Positions 45,472 through 57,094 are shown, numbered from the stretch's first letter. The stretch is DNA of 64,000 bases from an uncultured virus (IMG/VR IMGVR_UViG_3300045421_000122) (IMGVR_UViG_3300045421_000122), one strand, 5' to 3'. Numbers and translations: made by a program. Notes: generated by a model from the sequence alone, not told the origin.

Positions 45472-48400
45472 TTACACCTCCACTAAATATGCTGTCATGT
45501 CTGGTCCTGAAGTATTTCTAGAATACTCAATATTATACACAACATATTTTATATTATCTGCAGTAACTAAGTCAAGATTATCTTTGTCTTTATAATTTAC
45601 TGTAACCAAATCTCCTATTTGTAAAGTTGGAATAGAAAATAAATTAACTCCTATTGTTTTTTTAGGATCTTTAACTTTACTTATAATCCAACCAAGCAAA
45701 TCTTCAGCATCATCTTGAGTTTGTATATACGGACTTTCTAAAGAAAACTCGTTTTTACCATATATCAGTCTGCTTAATTTTATTTCATCATATCTTAATT
45801 GTTCTACCAAAGCAGATGTAGTCTGCGAACTGCCTTGAAATTCAGGATCTGACAAGTTACTTTTCTTTTTAAAATATTCATCTACAGTTAATTCATGAGT
45901 TGTATCTTGCGTAAATGTAACTCCTAATATTCTCAAATAATTTCCACTAGTACTGTCTAAATTTAAAAAAGTATCTGTCACGTTAAATATCAAAAATTCT
46001 GCTCCATAAGAACTTGCTTTAAATCCAGAAACAGTATATCCTTTTAATCTATTAAATGTTGGTGCTATCTTGGCATATAAAGCGGGATATGAACGATCAT
46101 ACCTAACATCAAAGTAAGCACATTCACGCATAATAGTTCCAAATTCATCAAAATATATAAGGTGTTTTGGAGGTTCTTGTGTACCAATTCCAGATAAATA
46201 AGTGGCCTGAATCATACCGCTAGTTCCATATTTTCTAAAAGATTCTGTATCATCAACTTTAACATTTGAGTAAGAAGAAAATAATGTTTCTCCTGTTGCC
46301 ATTGTGGTATTTTGAGATACATTATTACCTAAAGCAAAAATATTTTCAAACATACATCTAGAGGATCCACGAATAAATAAAGCCATATTATTATAAATTG
46401 GTAATGGATCTTTGTCATCTACTATTTTTATAAGTTTATCATTAATATACAAATAAAATCTACGAGTATTTCCTATATCTTGATACTCCACTGATAAATC
46501 ATATACCGTTGGATTTTCTTCTGCAGTTTGTCTGTGTTGACCAGTAAATCTACCATCATCAACCAAAATATTTGTTAAGCCTCCATAAATTTTAATAGGA
46601 ATTGCATTATTGTTTGAAGAGTCTTTTTTTACTTTATAAAAAACAACGTTATTAATTGATATTTCTGTTTGGTTAGTTTTACTATTACGTCTTAAATATT
46701 GTTCAATATTATTTTCTGTTAAAGCAACTATCTCAAAATAATATCCGTTATTAGTTTCTGGATTTAACAAAATTGCAATCCCTCCAGAACCGCCACCAAT
46801 ATTAGGATTTTGATTAGTTGCAACTCCAGGAACTTGATAATATGATGTGCTTCCAACTGGAGTTTGAGAACGAACTTCGCTGTTTTCAGTTTTTCCTACA
46901 ATTCTCATTCTTGTACCAAAATGTTTAAATGGTTGATCTAAGGGTTTGTATACATAAGAAATAAAATTTCTTGCAATTTCTGTAGTTTTAAAAGATGGAC
47001 CATTCATTACAAGAGCAGATGACTGTATTGTACCAGCCTGTGTTGTTTTTAAATTGCTAACTTGTGTTTCAGTTAAATAATTTGTTGCTAAAAAATTTTT
47101 TATAATACCATTTCTTGTAGTTTGTTTAGCCAAAACATTATTTACTCCTGCAGCCCCTGTTGTTGTTGCTGGTGCATTAATATCTGAATCAAGTGCAGTT
47201 GTAAACAAATATTGACTTTGCATGTCGCACCCGCGAATATTGTTTTCATTTGTCCAATAGATATTAATTCCAGCAGTATGTTCAGCAATCTTAGTTCCAA
47301 ATTGTGCACGACCATGTTCACTTACTGCTCCAGACTTCATTCTTGTGTTTCCATCTACTGTTTCATAAAAAGGAACAGAATATATTCTAATCAAGCCAGT
47401 TGGATATATTTTTCCATTAAACGGCAGAGAGGCAAAATATCTTTGATACTCTTGATTATTGCTTATGTAAACATTGCCAGTACCAGTTATGTTAAATTCA
47501 ACGGCATCATATCTTAAAATTTCTCCATTAGAATAAAAATATCCTTGATATCTATATAACCAATAAACACTTTCTCCTAAATCTATTGTATTATTTATAA
47601 TTGCTCCATTAGAAACAGTTGGTGGCGTGGCTGGAAGATTTGAATTTATTGGAATTGCGCCCAAACCATAAGTGCTAGCATTTTGTACTTTTTGATTTAT
47701 TGTTTTGCTTACTTCACTACCAGAAATTTCCCATAAAAGTGCTGGTAAATAATTCCAAGTTTTTTCTGAGTCTAATCTAGTTGCTTGATTTTTAATGCCA
47801 TAACTTCTTTGTATATATCTGGTTGTATAATTTATTTTCCCGTCATTATAAACTTTTTTATCTTGAGAAGCAATAGATAAAATATTCGGAAGATTTCCAG
47901 AAGAAGCATTTTTAATAATGCCTTCATTGTTTTGATTATTAATTCCAGACAAAACAAAATCAGTGTTTCTACTTGTAGCGCTAGGCAATAAGTAATTTTT
48001 GCTCATTACAACAAAATTATTATATTCATCAAAGAACATTGCACTTTGTGTTGCAATTGCAAGTTGTGTTAATACCTCAGCGACGTTTTGATCAGGAGCA
48101 ACAAAAAAATATGGAATGACTGGGTCTGATTCGCCTGCAACTCTTCTAAATACATAATTAGAAAAACCAATATAATCTAGCATCGTTGCAATAGCCACGC
48201 TTAAAGATGTTTTGGTCATAAGTAATTGTGGCGCTGGCATTGATTCTAAGAAAAAATAAAAATCTCTTAAGTTTAAAGATATTGTTGCTCCAGTAACATC
48301 TGCTTGTGGAAAACCTTCTGAGTGTAAGGTTTTAATAGGAACAAAATAATCAAATCCATTTACATTTATAATTTTTTCATAAAAATTAAACTTAATATTT

Positions 48401-49797
48401 TTTCTTAAATAATCTGCAACGATGCTTTCTTCGTTGTTATCATTAAATGCTTGATCATCATCAAAAATTTTTAAAGTACCATTTGAAGCAAGAAGGCTGC
48501 CTACTGGAATAGAACTATTTCCAAGATCAGATAACAGTTTTGTTATTTTATAATCAATTACTTTATTAGATATATTAACAACCAGTCTTGGAGACATTTC
48601 AATTAAATCAAATGTAGAATCAAATTTATTCATTACTTCTACAACTATTCGTATTCCTTTAATATATTGGAACTCTCTATATTTTTCAATGCTAATTCCA
48701 TCAATACTATCTGTAAAAGATTGTAAAGATGTTAAATCGGTAACAAAACTAGTTTGATTATCAATTGTTTCAGACCCTAAAGACCAACCATACTCAGCAT
48801 TAAATTGTTCATATTCTGTGCCAGTCCAAATATAAAATGTACCAACTTCTCCATCATTTTCAACTATTAAGTAAGCATATCCCTCTACATTTGTCTCTGG
48901 AAGCAGGGTATCTGAAGAAAGTTGTTCTGCAAAAATAAATATATCTTTATAAATATCTGGAATAATCAAACCATACTCTAATTCTACATATCCATCTGAA
49001 CCTATGATAGGTGTATTGTTTTCATCACCCCTAGTATCAAATTCATTGATTTCATATAGATTTGTCCAGTTATTTTCTATTAATCCCTGGATTTTCCAGC
49101 GTGAAGGCGTTGTTTTGTTGGCGGTACCAAACAAAGGATCATTAACACTCCCAGTGCTAGTAACAAAAGGACCAAGGTTAACATCTCCAACATTTGTTTG
49201 CATTTTTATAACAATACGGTTTGTTGGAACTGCCTGTTTATAAACAACAAAAGGAACGGCATCATCAATAAAGTTTAAACCATTAGATATTTTTTTGGCT
49301 ATTCCATATTCATTTCCATCTTCTGTCCTATAAGATGTAAAATATTTAAATTGATCATTTTTAGAAGGCATATAGTATCTTGGTCTTTGAGCCAAACTAA
49401 CTCCTGAATTTGCAAGTTTTCGGCCAGCAACGTAAAATGCTTTGTTGATACCAGATCTTGGTCTAAATGGTTTTAAACAATCTTCTAAAGAATAAATCAT
49501 TTTCATTTTATCTTTAGTTAAAGTAAATTGTTTTACTGTGTTATCATCTTTAAAACCGCCATCAATTAATACGTTTGAATCCGAAGCCCCAGTATAATAA
49601 TTTCCTGCATCTAATTGATCAAAAGTAGATGGAAGGGTACTGTAAATAGATCCAGTTGTGTTTGGACGATATCTATAGTTTCCAATTTTAAATATATTAT
49701 CTGGCATATTCATGTTCCATTCAGCCAGAATTAAAGATTGCGTACTTATTGTTGCAGATGTTTCAAGATGAGTTTTTAACTCTTGACTTTCAAACAT
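45472..49797 (-). CDS. large minor tail (hub/tip) protein
   Basis: 1441 aa, second gene after the tape measure. Confidence 0.75.
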   Translation of the reverse strand: MFESQELKTHLETSATISTQSLILAEWNMNMPDNIFKIGNYRYRPNTTGSIYSTLPSTFDQLDAGNYYTGASDSNVLIDGGFKDDNTVKQFTLTKDKMKMIYSLEDCLKPFRPRSGINKAFYVAGRKLANSGVSLAQRPRYYMPSKNDQFKYFTSYRTEDGNEYGIAKKISNGLNFIDDAVPFVVYKQAVPTNRIVIKMQTNVGDVNLGPFVTSTGSVNDPLFGTANKTTPSRWKIQGLIENNWTNLYEINEFDTRGDENNTPIIGSDGYVELEYGLIIPDIYKDIFIFAEQLSSDTLLPETNVEGYAYLIVENDGEVGTFYIWTGTEYEQFNAEYGWSLGSETIDNQTSFVTDLTSLQSFTDSIDGISIEKYREFQYIKGIRIVVEVMNKFDSTFDLIEMSPRLVVNISNKVIDYKITKLLSDLGNSSIPVGSLLASNGTLKIFDDDQAFNDNNEESIVADYLRKNIKFNFYEKIINVNGFDYFVPIKTLHSEGFPQADVTGATISLNLRDFYFFLESMPAPQLLMTKTSLSVAIATMLDYIGFSNYVFRRVAGESDPVIPYFFVAPDQNVAEVLTQLAIATQSAMFFDEYNNFVVMSKNYLLPSATSRNTDFVLSGINNQNNEGIIKNASSGNLPNILSIASQDKKVYNDGKINYTTRYIQRSYGIKNQATRLDSEKTWNYLPALLWEISGSEVSKTINQKVQNASTYGLGAIPINSNLPATPPTVSNGAIINNTIDLGESVYWLYRYQGYFYSNGEILRYDAVEFNITGTGNVYISNNQEYQRYFASLPFNGKIYPTGLIRIYSVPFYETVDGNTRMKSGAVSEHGRAQFGTKIAEHTAGINIYWTNENNIRGCDMQSQYLFTTALDSDINAPATTTGAAGVNNVLAKQTTRNGIIKNFLATNYLTETQVSNLKTTQAGTIQSSALVMNGPSFKTTEIARNFISYVYKPLDQPFKHFGTRMRIVGKTENSEVRSQTPVGSTSYYQVPGVATNQNPNIGGGSGGIAILLNPETNNGYYFEIVALTENNIEQYLRRNSKTNQTEISINNVVFYKVKKDSSNNNAIPIKIYGGLTNILVDDGRFTGQHRQTAEENPTVYDLSVEYQDIGNTRRFYLYINDKLIKIVDDKDPLPIYNNMALFIRGSSRCMFENIFALGNNVSQNTTMATGETLFSSYSNVKVDDTESFRKYGTSGMIQATYLSGIGTQEPPKHLIYFDEFGTIMRECAYFDVRYDRSYPALYAKIAPTFNRLKGYTVSGFKASSYGAEFLIFNVTDTFLNLDSTSGNYLRILGVTFTQDTTHELTVDEYFKKKSNLSDPEFQGSSQTTSALVEQLRYDEIKLSRLIYGKNEFSLESPYIQTQDDAEDLLGWIISKVKDPKKTIGVNLFSIPTLQIGDLVTVNYKDKDNLDLVTADNIKYVVYNIEYSRNTSGPDMTAYLVEV

Positions 49798-49798
49798 C

Positions 49799-50449
49799 TT
49801 ACACCTCTTCTAAATTTACAGATATATTCCACATGTCAAAATTATCGCCACCACGTTTTACAACAGAGTAATTAAAATCAGAAAAATATACTTCTATAAT
49901 TTCATTATATTGAACTAAGTGTTGAAAAGAATCGTCTATTATTTCTCCATCTGTTTTAAAATTAGCGTAGTTATCATATGCTAAATACATCCAAAATGGA
50001 CCTGTATGGTTGTTGTACCAATCTAATATTGCTACTCCACCAGCACCACCATCTGCTGTAAATTCTTGAGATGTTACATTTTTATATGGAGAAACACCAG
50101 TTGCATCATCAAAATCTGCCACTTGATAATATGCTCTTGAAGGAAGTAGACTCCATGAAAAATTAATTTGTAATTTATCTGCAATGTGATATGAACGCAT
50201 ACGACCATTTATTGTACGTTGACGCTGCTCTATTCTTTGTGGATTAAAAGAAAGTTCACTCCTATTATGATCAGATAAAATAATAAATTGATTTAATAAA
50301 TCTGGATCAGTTTCTTCTGTATCTGCGCCTACCTCGTGTCCATTAGGAACATACAATCCGTCTGTTAAAGTTCCAGGATTATTAGACCACAAAATTGCTT
50401 GAGGTCTCTGATATCTTTTTCTACCCGCTAAATAGGCTGAGGTTGTCAT
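49799..50449 (-). CDS. distal tail protein-like
   Basis: Follows the tape measure; RTINGRMRSY, WNISVNLEEV. Confidence 0.7.
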   Translation of the reverse strand: MTTSAYLAGRKRYQRPQAILWSNNPGTLTDGLYVPNGHEVGADTEETDPDLLNQFIILSDHNRSELSFNPQRIEQRQRTINGRMRSYHIADKLQINFSWSLLPSRAYYQVADFDDATGVSPYKNVTSQEFTADGGAGGVAILDWYNNHTGPFWMYLAYDNYANFKTDGEIIDDSFQHLVQYNEIIEVYFSDFNYSVVKRGGDNFDMWNISVNLEEV

Positions 50450-53400
50450 GATACTCTCTGACCCCTAACTCTTTGTGAATCTAAGTATTTAATTTCATTC
50501 ATTACAGTTTTTGCTATTTGATCTGCTGAAACATTTGTTCCACCAACACTAATACCAACATTATAATTATACACATCGGTTGAGTTGTCTCTGATTGATA
50601 TATTTCTTGATGATCCTGCATTTGTTCCGTAAGAAGGCCCTATCATTGATGGATATTTAGATTCATTTAACATTGATAGCAATGGACCAAATTCTTTTGA
50701 TGCTCTTTTGTTCATTACAAATTCTCCAGGGGTTAACATTGCGGGTACTGAATCAGACCCCATCCTTCCACCAACAGCAAAATACTTAGGAACCATTCCA
50801 CCTATGTTCATAGGCTTTATAAGTCCACCATACATTTTTTTTGTTTTTGGTTGTACAAAAGGATTGCCTGCTCCATAAGTAAAATTGCTTTTTGGAGCAA
50901 CTTTTGGTTTAAAAAGAGGATTGCCTGCTCCATAAGTAAAGTTGCTTCCTGGCTTTGTTTTATCATTTTTATCTGAGCCACCCTTATCACTACCTCCTGA
51001 GCCACCCGCACCACTACCTCCTGAGCCACCCGCACCACTACCTCCTGAGCCACCCGCACCACTACCTCCTGAGCCACCCGCACCACTACTTCCTGAGTCA
51101 TCCGCACCACTGGCCATCTCTTTTTTAATAGTTCTAATAACATGAACTGTTTCTACTGTTGTATTTAAACCAAGAATCGTTTTTAAAAGTGCGTCTGCTG
51201 TCTTTTTTGCTGCATCAACTTTGGTTTCATAATCTTTTACATCGGCATTTGCTATTGCTTGTAAAGTTTTTTGATCAGCAAAAAATTGTTTTCTTTGAGC
51301 AATAAATGCTAAATCTGCATCTTTTTGATCATTTATTTTTTTCAAAGCATCCTGTGCAGCAATTAAACTATCTTGTGCTACTTGCAATTTTCCTTTTTGA
51401 ATAGAGTAAATTTGATCTTCTTGTAAACGAATTGCTAATGTAGCAGCATTTTTTTGTTGATCTAAATTAAAAATTTGTTTTTCAATTGCTAATTGTCTTT
51501 GACTAATTTGATCTTTAGTCATTCCACCAGCAGTAAGTTCAGCAATTGCCTGTCCACGAGAAGCCTCAATTCCTGCTTTTTGTTTTTCTAGTCGAGAAGA
51601 TGCTGCTTGTGCCCTAGCATCTTGAACTGCCTGCGCCGCTGCTGCAACATCTCCAGATGTTAAGGCGGTAGCAATATTTAATCTTGATTTTTCTTGATTG
51701 GCTATTTCTTCATTAATAGAAGATATTTTTTCAAGGGCATTAATTTGAGTATCATATTTTTTATTAATTTCATCTGTGGCAGTATCAATTAATTTTAGAT
51801 TGTTAGAAAGTATTGATCCCTCGTCTTGCAGGGCTTGAATTGGACGATCATACAATATTTCTATATTTCTTCTTTTCTTTTCTATAGATTTTTCAATACC
51901 GTCAATTTCTTTTTCTATATCATCAACAACTTTTTCAGCATTTTTAACTGCAGCCTCTCCTTGCTGAATAGAGCCTCTGTATCTAATATCTATAACTTTT
52001 TCTTGTAAATCAAGAATTTCTTCTGGATCTGTAATTGGAGTTTTGTCTTGTATATTATTTAAACTTGTTTCCAGCCTTAAAAGTTTTTTTAATCGTGGAA
52101 GTACTTTATCTAAAGTTTTTGTTCTTTCTGCATTTAAAATTATTTCTCTTAAAGATGCATCATTAGATATTTCTAATGCATCCTTGTAAGCAATTTGTTT
52201 ACTTACTAAAAGATTAAAAACTTCAATTTGTTCTTTCATTGCTTTAATTTTTTTAGTCAAATCATCTGTTTCTTTTTTACCACCAGAAACTCCACCAGAT
52301 TTTTTAAGAACATCTGCTATTACCTTTTGAGCAACTTGCATTTTCTTTTCTAGTTCTGCCTTGATTGTTGAGGCTCTTATTTGAGCGTCTGCACTTTTAT
52401 CTGTTTCTGCTATTAGCAATGCTTGTATCATTTCGGCACTTACGGCAACCCCCAATGCTGCGGCCTTAACAATTAACAGTTGATTTGATGTATCTTTTAA
52501 ACCACCTGCTGCTTTTGCCAATTCAGAAGGAAGAGTTTTTAAAATTTCCTGCATTAAAAACAAACCTTCTGCTTTTGGCATAGAGTTAATACTCTTAGAA
52601 ATATTATCAAATGATTGATTAAATTGATCAGCATTAATTTTGCCACTACGTAATTGAGTGTCAAGAGACATAAAGGTATTTGAAATAACATTAGCAGTAG
52701 TTGATAGTTTTGTTTTTAAATCTTTAGAAATAACTTCTATTTCTTTCATTCCTGCGCCAACAGTACCCCTGCCACCAGGAACAAAAACTTTTGTTTTTTT
52801 GTAACCTTTGTCAAATGCACTTTTATAATCTTTTAACAAAACATCAACGGAGTTTTGTAATCCAGTCTGTCCTTCTTTTGTAGAAAGATCAATTGATTTT
52901 AAATCAAATTTGACATCTGTTTTTCCTGCTTCTTGTTGTAAAAGATAAATATAATTTTCAATTTGTTCTTTTGTTGCTCCTTGTCCAGTTAATCTTAGTG
53001 CTAGAGATCTAAAAATAATTTCTGCTTGTTGATTTGTTGCATTTTTAAGAGCACTAATTTGATTTTTAAATTCTGGATCTTCTTCTAATAATTTTTTAGT
53101 ATTTTCTATTTCTTGACTTCGTTCAACAGAAATTCCTGAAACTGGTGTTTTAGATTGTTCTAAATTACTTTTGATTGGAGTAAAGCCAAGTGTTCCTCCT
53201 AGTTTTTCTATCTGTGTTTTACTTAAATTAGCAGCCTTGCCAAGCCCCTCAATTGCTTGACGTTCTTTTTCTTTTGCAGCAGCCAATAATTTTGTAATTC
53301 CATAAAGTCCGCCAAATGCAACCGCAACTAATTTAAGTGGTCCAGGCAACATCATTAAAGATTGTGCAAGAAATGCTGCGCTTCCAACCTTCATTCCTAT

Positions 53401-56400
53401 TTCTCCTGCTTTGCCTGGAAGCATAGATGCTGCCATGGTAGCGCCACCAATTCCTGCTAATCCTCTTCTACCCATTCCTCTTCCAACCATTCCTCTTGTG
53501 TTTTCAAATCTATTTGAAGTTTTATTTTTTTGTAATTCAAGAAGTTGTTCTCTGTTTCGTCTAGCATTTTCTGTTATTACTGATAAAGGAACCGAACTCA
53601 CGTTTGTTTTTGCTGATTGTCCTACCATTCCACCTGGAACATACAAACCAGACGCTGTTTGAACCATACCTGCGCCAAGTTGTTGTCCAACTCTTTTAGC
53701 ATCATCAACGTATTCTTGTGCTCCAGAAATAAATCCTTGTGCAATACTTGCCCCAACCATTTTTGTTTGTCTTGAGGGAGATGCAACTCTTGCCTCTTGA
53801 ATTGCTCCTTGTACAACATTTCTTGTAATTGCTCTTGTTACCCTTGCACCAACATCTCCAAGATGTGGTGTCATTTGTCTTGTTAAATTTTCTGCGCTTG
53901 CAGTTATAGATGTAGTAATGTGAGACATTGTTGCAACTTGCCATTGGTTTAACATAGGATCTAGAGTTTGAAACGATCTTACAGTTCTTCCCCTGTTTTG
54001 TGAAAAACGTTCTGTTTGACGGAATGCTTCTGGATTTTGCTCCATTGCAAATCTTTGTGCTGCTGATCTGGCACTTCTATAAGATCCTGCAAAACTTGTT
54101 CTTCCAGTTCCACCCATGGATCCAGAGCCAACACCAACTGGTCCAACTGTTCTAATTTCGTTAATAGCATTTTCAAGAGCAACATCAATATTTTTTCCAG
54201 CAATTTTAATTCCTTTTGCTGCATTACGAAGAGCAGGAACAAGTATTGCCTCAAGATCTGCATCTTTAATAAATTGTTTTCCAGATTTATTTAAAGCATC
54301 TGCTGCTGTTTGAGCAAAAAGATTTGCAACTGTAGCAAATTCTGATTTAAACTTAGGGTTATTTATTCCAACTTTAAGATCTCTTGCAATAACTGCAAGC
54401 AATGGTGCCATAACTCCACCACCAGCACCACCTATATATTGTGATACGCCTGCAGTTGCAACACCTCTACCACCAAGTTGTCCCATAAGAGTATTAATAG
54501 ACTCTGGTAAGAACATTGTGGCATTCTTAAATCCTTTACCAAGTTGATATCCAGGAATATTGTCTGCAATTATTCCTTGAATTAATGGAGCATATTTTTT
54601 TGCCATCTTTGATGGAATTATTGCCTCTCCTGGAGAAACCATTGCTGGCACTATGTCTCCCGCGCCTTTTGGTCCAGGTACTGAAATAATACCGTCTGCA
54701 AATTTCTTTGTTGCTTTTCCTGGCATCATCATTCCAGGATTATTAAATGCAAAGTTTTTTGCTGCTACGTTAGCAGATTGATATGTAGCAATTAATCTTA
54801 TAAGTGCTTCTCTTTCTACATTAAATGTTTGAGTTAATTTGGCATGTGTTTGATCTAATGAATGTGCGGCTGCTGCAGCCTCTAATTGTTCTGAGTTTAA
54901 ATATTGTGTTTGTTCTCCAAGTACTTTAGATTGTCCAGTAAGCCGCAAAAATCCTGAACGCAGTGTTCCAAATAATTTAAGTGTATTTGCTAAAGCATTC
55001 ATTAACAAACCAAATGTCATTAAAAAGATAGGTCCTACTGCTCCTATACCTACTGTTAATAGGGTTATTAATCTTTTTGTACCGTCTGAAAGATTGCCAA
55101 ACTTTTCTAATACTCCGCCAACAAACTCTACAATTGGAGTTGCTGCTTCTAAAAATGATTTACCAACTGGAACAAGAGCAAGTTTAAGATCTTCTACACT
55201 TTTTCTAAATTTATTCATAGATGAATCTGCAGTCATGCCCAACTCTTGTTCAGATAGTTCAGAAAGTTCTTCTACAGATGCGTTTGCTAAATCAAGAACA
55301 CGAGAGGCCTGATTTCCATCTTTAGCAACGTTAGCAAATAATGTTGACAGACGAGCAAATTGAAACTTACCAAACATTTGTTCAATTGCTCTGGCTCTTG
55401 AAAGTGGATCTAATGCATTAAGAGCATTAGCAAATTCAATTACAGTTGCCTTAAGATTTCCTTTGTTTTTTTCAATAATTGCAGTAGCATTAATTCCAAA
55501 ACTTTTAAGCATGTCTGATGCTTTTTCAGTTGGATTAATTAATGCTCCAAGGCCTGATTTTAAAGCATTAGCACCTTCTGATGCATTAATACCACCTTCT
55601 TTCATTGCTGCAATAAAAAATGTTAAATCTTTTACGTCTCCGCCAAGTTGTTGAACAACGGGAGCAACTTTAGGAATAGCAGTAGTAATGTCATCTAAAG
55701 ATACAACAGTTTGGTTTTCTACTGCGTTCAAAAAGTTAATTGAATCTGCAAGTTTGTCAGATGACATTCCAAAAGCATTTTGTAATGAAATAGTCGTTTC
55801 AAGTGATTTTTGACTATCAATTTGACCCAAAATAGAAAGTCTAGTCGCTTCTGTAGTTTGACGTTGTAGGTCTAATCCTTGAAAACCTGCTGCTGCAGCC
55901 TCTGCTGATAATGCTACAGTTTGTGAAACTGCAACGCCATATTTGGTAAATTGTTTTCCAAGTTCAATAATGCTATCTAATGCTGCATCTGTTTCAGCCT
56001 TTGGTGTAAATAAATCTCCATAAACTTTTCTAAATTTAATAGTTTGCGCTTCCATTTCCATGAAAGTTTTTGCAGCGGTAGACGCAACTATTGAAAGCGG
56101 TATTGTAAAACCAACCATCAATTGACGACCAGCCCATTGTGTATTTTTACCAAAATTTAATAGATTGGTTGTGCCTTGTTTCATCAATTGATTAAATAGT
56201 GCTTGTTTCTGTGCTGCTATGGCTGTTTTGACGCCATAATCTTGCATGTTAAGAGCGGTAGGTCTAACGGCAATTGCTTGCATTGCTCCGCTAGCATCAC
56301 GACCTAATTTTATATATTGTGTCTGTAAGGTTTTAACACGCTCTTCTGCTACTTTGCCAATTGTGTCGAATTCTGTTTTAAATAATCTGCCAAATGTTTT

Positions 56401-56697
56401 TGTAGACGCACCAGCATATCTGAAATACTCCCGCATTCCAAATTTATTTTTTTCTAAAGAATTAGTGAAAGTTTCTGCACTGGTTCTTACAGTACGAAGT
56501 TCTGCAGAAAAAGCGCCAATAGAGTTAATACTATTAACTAAATTTTTCTGCAGAGACCTCTGAGCAAGTGCTGCGGACTCACTAGACCTAGCAATTGAGG
56601 TGTGAAACTGAGATATTTGTCTCTGTAAAGACTTTAATTGTGCTAATGCTTGCGACGTATCTATATTTACGCCAATATTAGCATTAACATCAGCCAT
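50446..56697 (-). CDS. tape measure protein
   Basis: 2083 aa, helical Ala/Gly-rich, TP901-like core (ASEGANALKS), follows the chaperone genes. Confidence 0.92.
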   Translation of the reverse strand: MADVNANIGVNIDTSQALAQLKSLQRQISQFHTSIARSSESAALAQRSLQKNLVNSINSIGAFSAELRTVRTSAETFTNSLEKNKFGMREYFRYAGASTKTFGRLFKTEFDTIGKVAEERVKTLQTQYIKLGRDASGAMQAIAVRPTALNMQDYGVKTAIAAQKQALFNQLMKQGTTNLLNFGKNTQWAGRQLMVGFTIPLSIVASTAAKTFMEMEAQTIKFRKVYGDLFTPKAETDAALDSIIELGKQFTKYGVAVSQTVALSAEAAAAGFQGLDLQRQTTEATRLSILGQIDSQKSLETTISLQNAFGMSSDKLADSINFLNAVENQTVVSLDDITTAIPKVAPVVQQLGGDVKDLTFFIAAMKEGGINASEGANALKSGLGALINPTEKASDMLKSFGINATAIIEKNKGNLKATVIEFANALNALDPLSRARAIEQMFGKFQFARLSTLFANVAKDGNQASRVLDLANASVEELSELSEQELGMTADSSMNKFRKSVEDLKLALVPVGKSFLEAATPIVEFVGGVLEKFGNLSDGTKRLITLLTVGIGAVGPIFLMTFGLLMNALANTLKLFGTLRSGFLRLTGQSKVLGEQTQYLNSEQLEAAAAAHSLDQTHAKLTQTFNVEREALIRLIATYQSANVAAKNFAFNNPGMMMPGKATKKFADGIISVPGPKGAGDIVPAMVSPGEAIIPSKMAKKYAPLIQGIIADNIPGYQLGKGFKNATMFLPESINTLMGQLGGRGVATAGVSQYIGGAGGGVMAPLLAVIARDLKVGINNPKFKSEFATVANLFAQTAADALNKSGKQFIKDADLEAILVPALRNAAKGIKIAGKNIDVALENAINEIRTVGPVGVGSGSMGGTGRTSFAGSYRSARSAAQRFAMEQNPEAFRQTERFSQNRGRTVRSFQTLDPMLNQWQVATMSHITTSITASAENLTRQMTPHLGDVGARVTRAITRNVVQGAIQEARVASPSRQTKMVGASIAQGFISGAQEYVDDAKRVGQQLGAGMVQTASGLYVPGGMVGQSAKTNVSSVPLSVITENARRNREQLLELQKNKTSNRFENTRGMVGRGMGRRGLAGIGGATMAASMLPGKAGEIGMKVGSAAFLAQSLMMLPGPLKLVAVAFGGLYGITKLLAAAKEKERQAIEGLGKAANLSKTQIEKLGGTLGFTPIKSNLEQSKTPVSGISVERSQEIENTKKLLEEDPEFKNQISALKNATNQQAEIIFRSLALRLTGQGATKEQIENYIYLLQQEAGKTDVKFDLKSIDLSTKEGQTGLQNSVDVLLKDYKSAFDKGYKKTKVFVPGGRGTVGAGMKEIEVISKDLKTKLSTTANVISNTFMSLDTQLRSGKINADQFNQSFDNISKSINSMPKAEGLFLMQEILKTLPSELAKAAGGLKDTSNQLLIVKAAALGVAVSAEMIQALLIAETDKSADAQIRASTIKAELEKKMQVAQKVIADVLKKSGGVSGGKKETDDLTKKIKAMKEQIEVFNLLVSKQIAYKDALEISNDASLREIILNAERTKTLDKVLPRLKKLLRLETSLNNIQDKTPITDPEEILDLQEKVIDIRYRGSIQQGEAAVKNAEKVVDDIEKEIDGIEKSIEKKRRNIEILYDRPIQALQDEGSILSNNLKLIDTATDEINKKYDTQINALEKISSINEEIANQEKSRLNIATALTSGDVAAAAQAVQDARAQAASSRLEKQKAGIEASRGQAIAELTAGGMTKDQISQRQLAIEKQIFNLDQQKNAATLAIRLQEDQIYSIQKGKLQVAQDSLIAAQDALKKINDQKDADLAFIAQRKQFFADQKTLQAIANADVKDYETKVDAAKKTADALLKTILGLNTTVETVHVIRTIKKEMASGADDSGSSGAGGSGGSGAGGSGGSGAGGSGGSGAGGSGGSDKGGSDKNDKTKPGSNFTYGAGNPLFKPKVAPKSNFTYGAGNPFVQPKTKKMYGGLIKPMNIGGMVPKYFAVGGRMGSDSVPAMLTPGEFVMNKRASKEFGPLLSMLNESKYPSMIGPSYGTNAGSSRNISIRDNSTDVYNYNVGISVGGTNVSADQIAKTVMNEIKYLDSQRVRGQRVS
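50988..51107 (-). repeat. 24-bp tandem repeat (4 perfect + 1 degenerate) encoding GAGGSGGS
   Basis: CACTACCTCCTGAGCCACCCGCAC units. Confidence 0.9.
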
Positions 56698-56722
56698 GAA
56701 TTACACCTTCTTTAATATATAT

Positions 56723-57046
56723 TTATCCTTGTGCATTAAGAATGTCGGTAACAGATGACAGATTAATGCCAGATGCTGCTTCAACAATCTTGTACACGGT
56801 TGGAAGATCTAACAACTCCTCTAATTTTTGAATGTCTTTTGCCAGTTCTGGCTTATACTGCTCCATAGCAATTTGTACACATTCAACAAGAAGAGTCATT
56901 GATTTCTCATTATCTTCTGCAACCTTAGCCACCCCTTCAAACTTCTTCATAAATGGACGAAGAAGAGAGATTTTTAAAGGGCGAACTGTAATTTTTGTTC
57001 CATCAATGAGAGTAAGTTCTTGAGCCTCATATGTGGTTGTCGCCAT
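56723..57046 (-). CDS. tail assembly chaperone (short form)
   Basis: Between major tail and tape measure; paralog of the N-terminal half of 57095-57808. Confidence 0.75.
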   Translation of the reverse strand: MATTTYEAQELTLIDGTKITVRPLKISLLRPFMKKFEGVAKVAEDNEKSMTLLVECVQIAMEQYKPELAKDIQKLEELLDLPTVYKIVEAASGINLSSVTDILNAQG

Positions 57047-57094
57047 TTTTTTCCTCCTATAGGTTATGTTAATTATAGCATAAAACGCTTATTT

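Noticed and set aside
50817..51145. Alternative-frame ORFs with VVVRVAQE and PPEPPAPL repeats
   Set aside because: They are shadows of the 24-bp repeat inside the tape measure gene.
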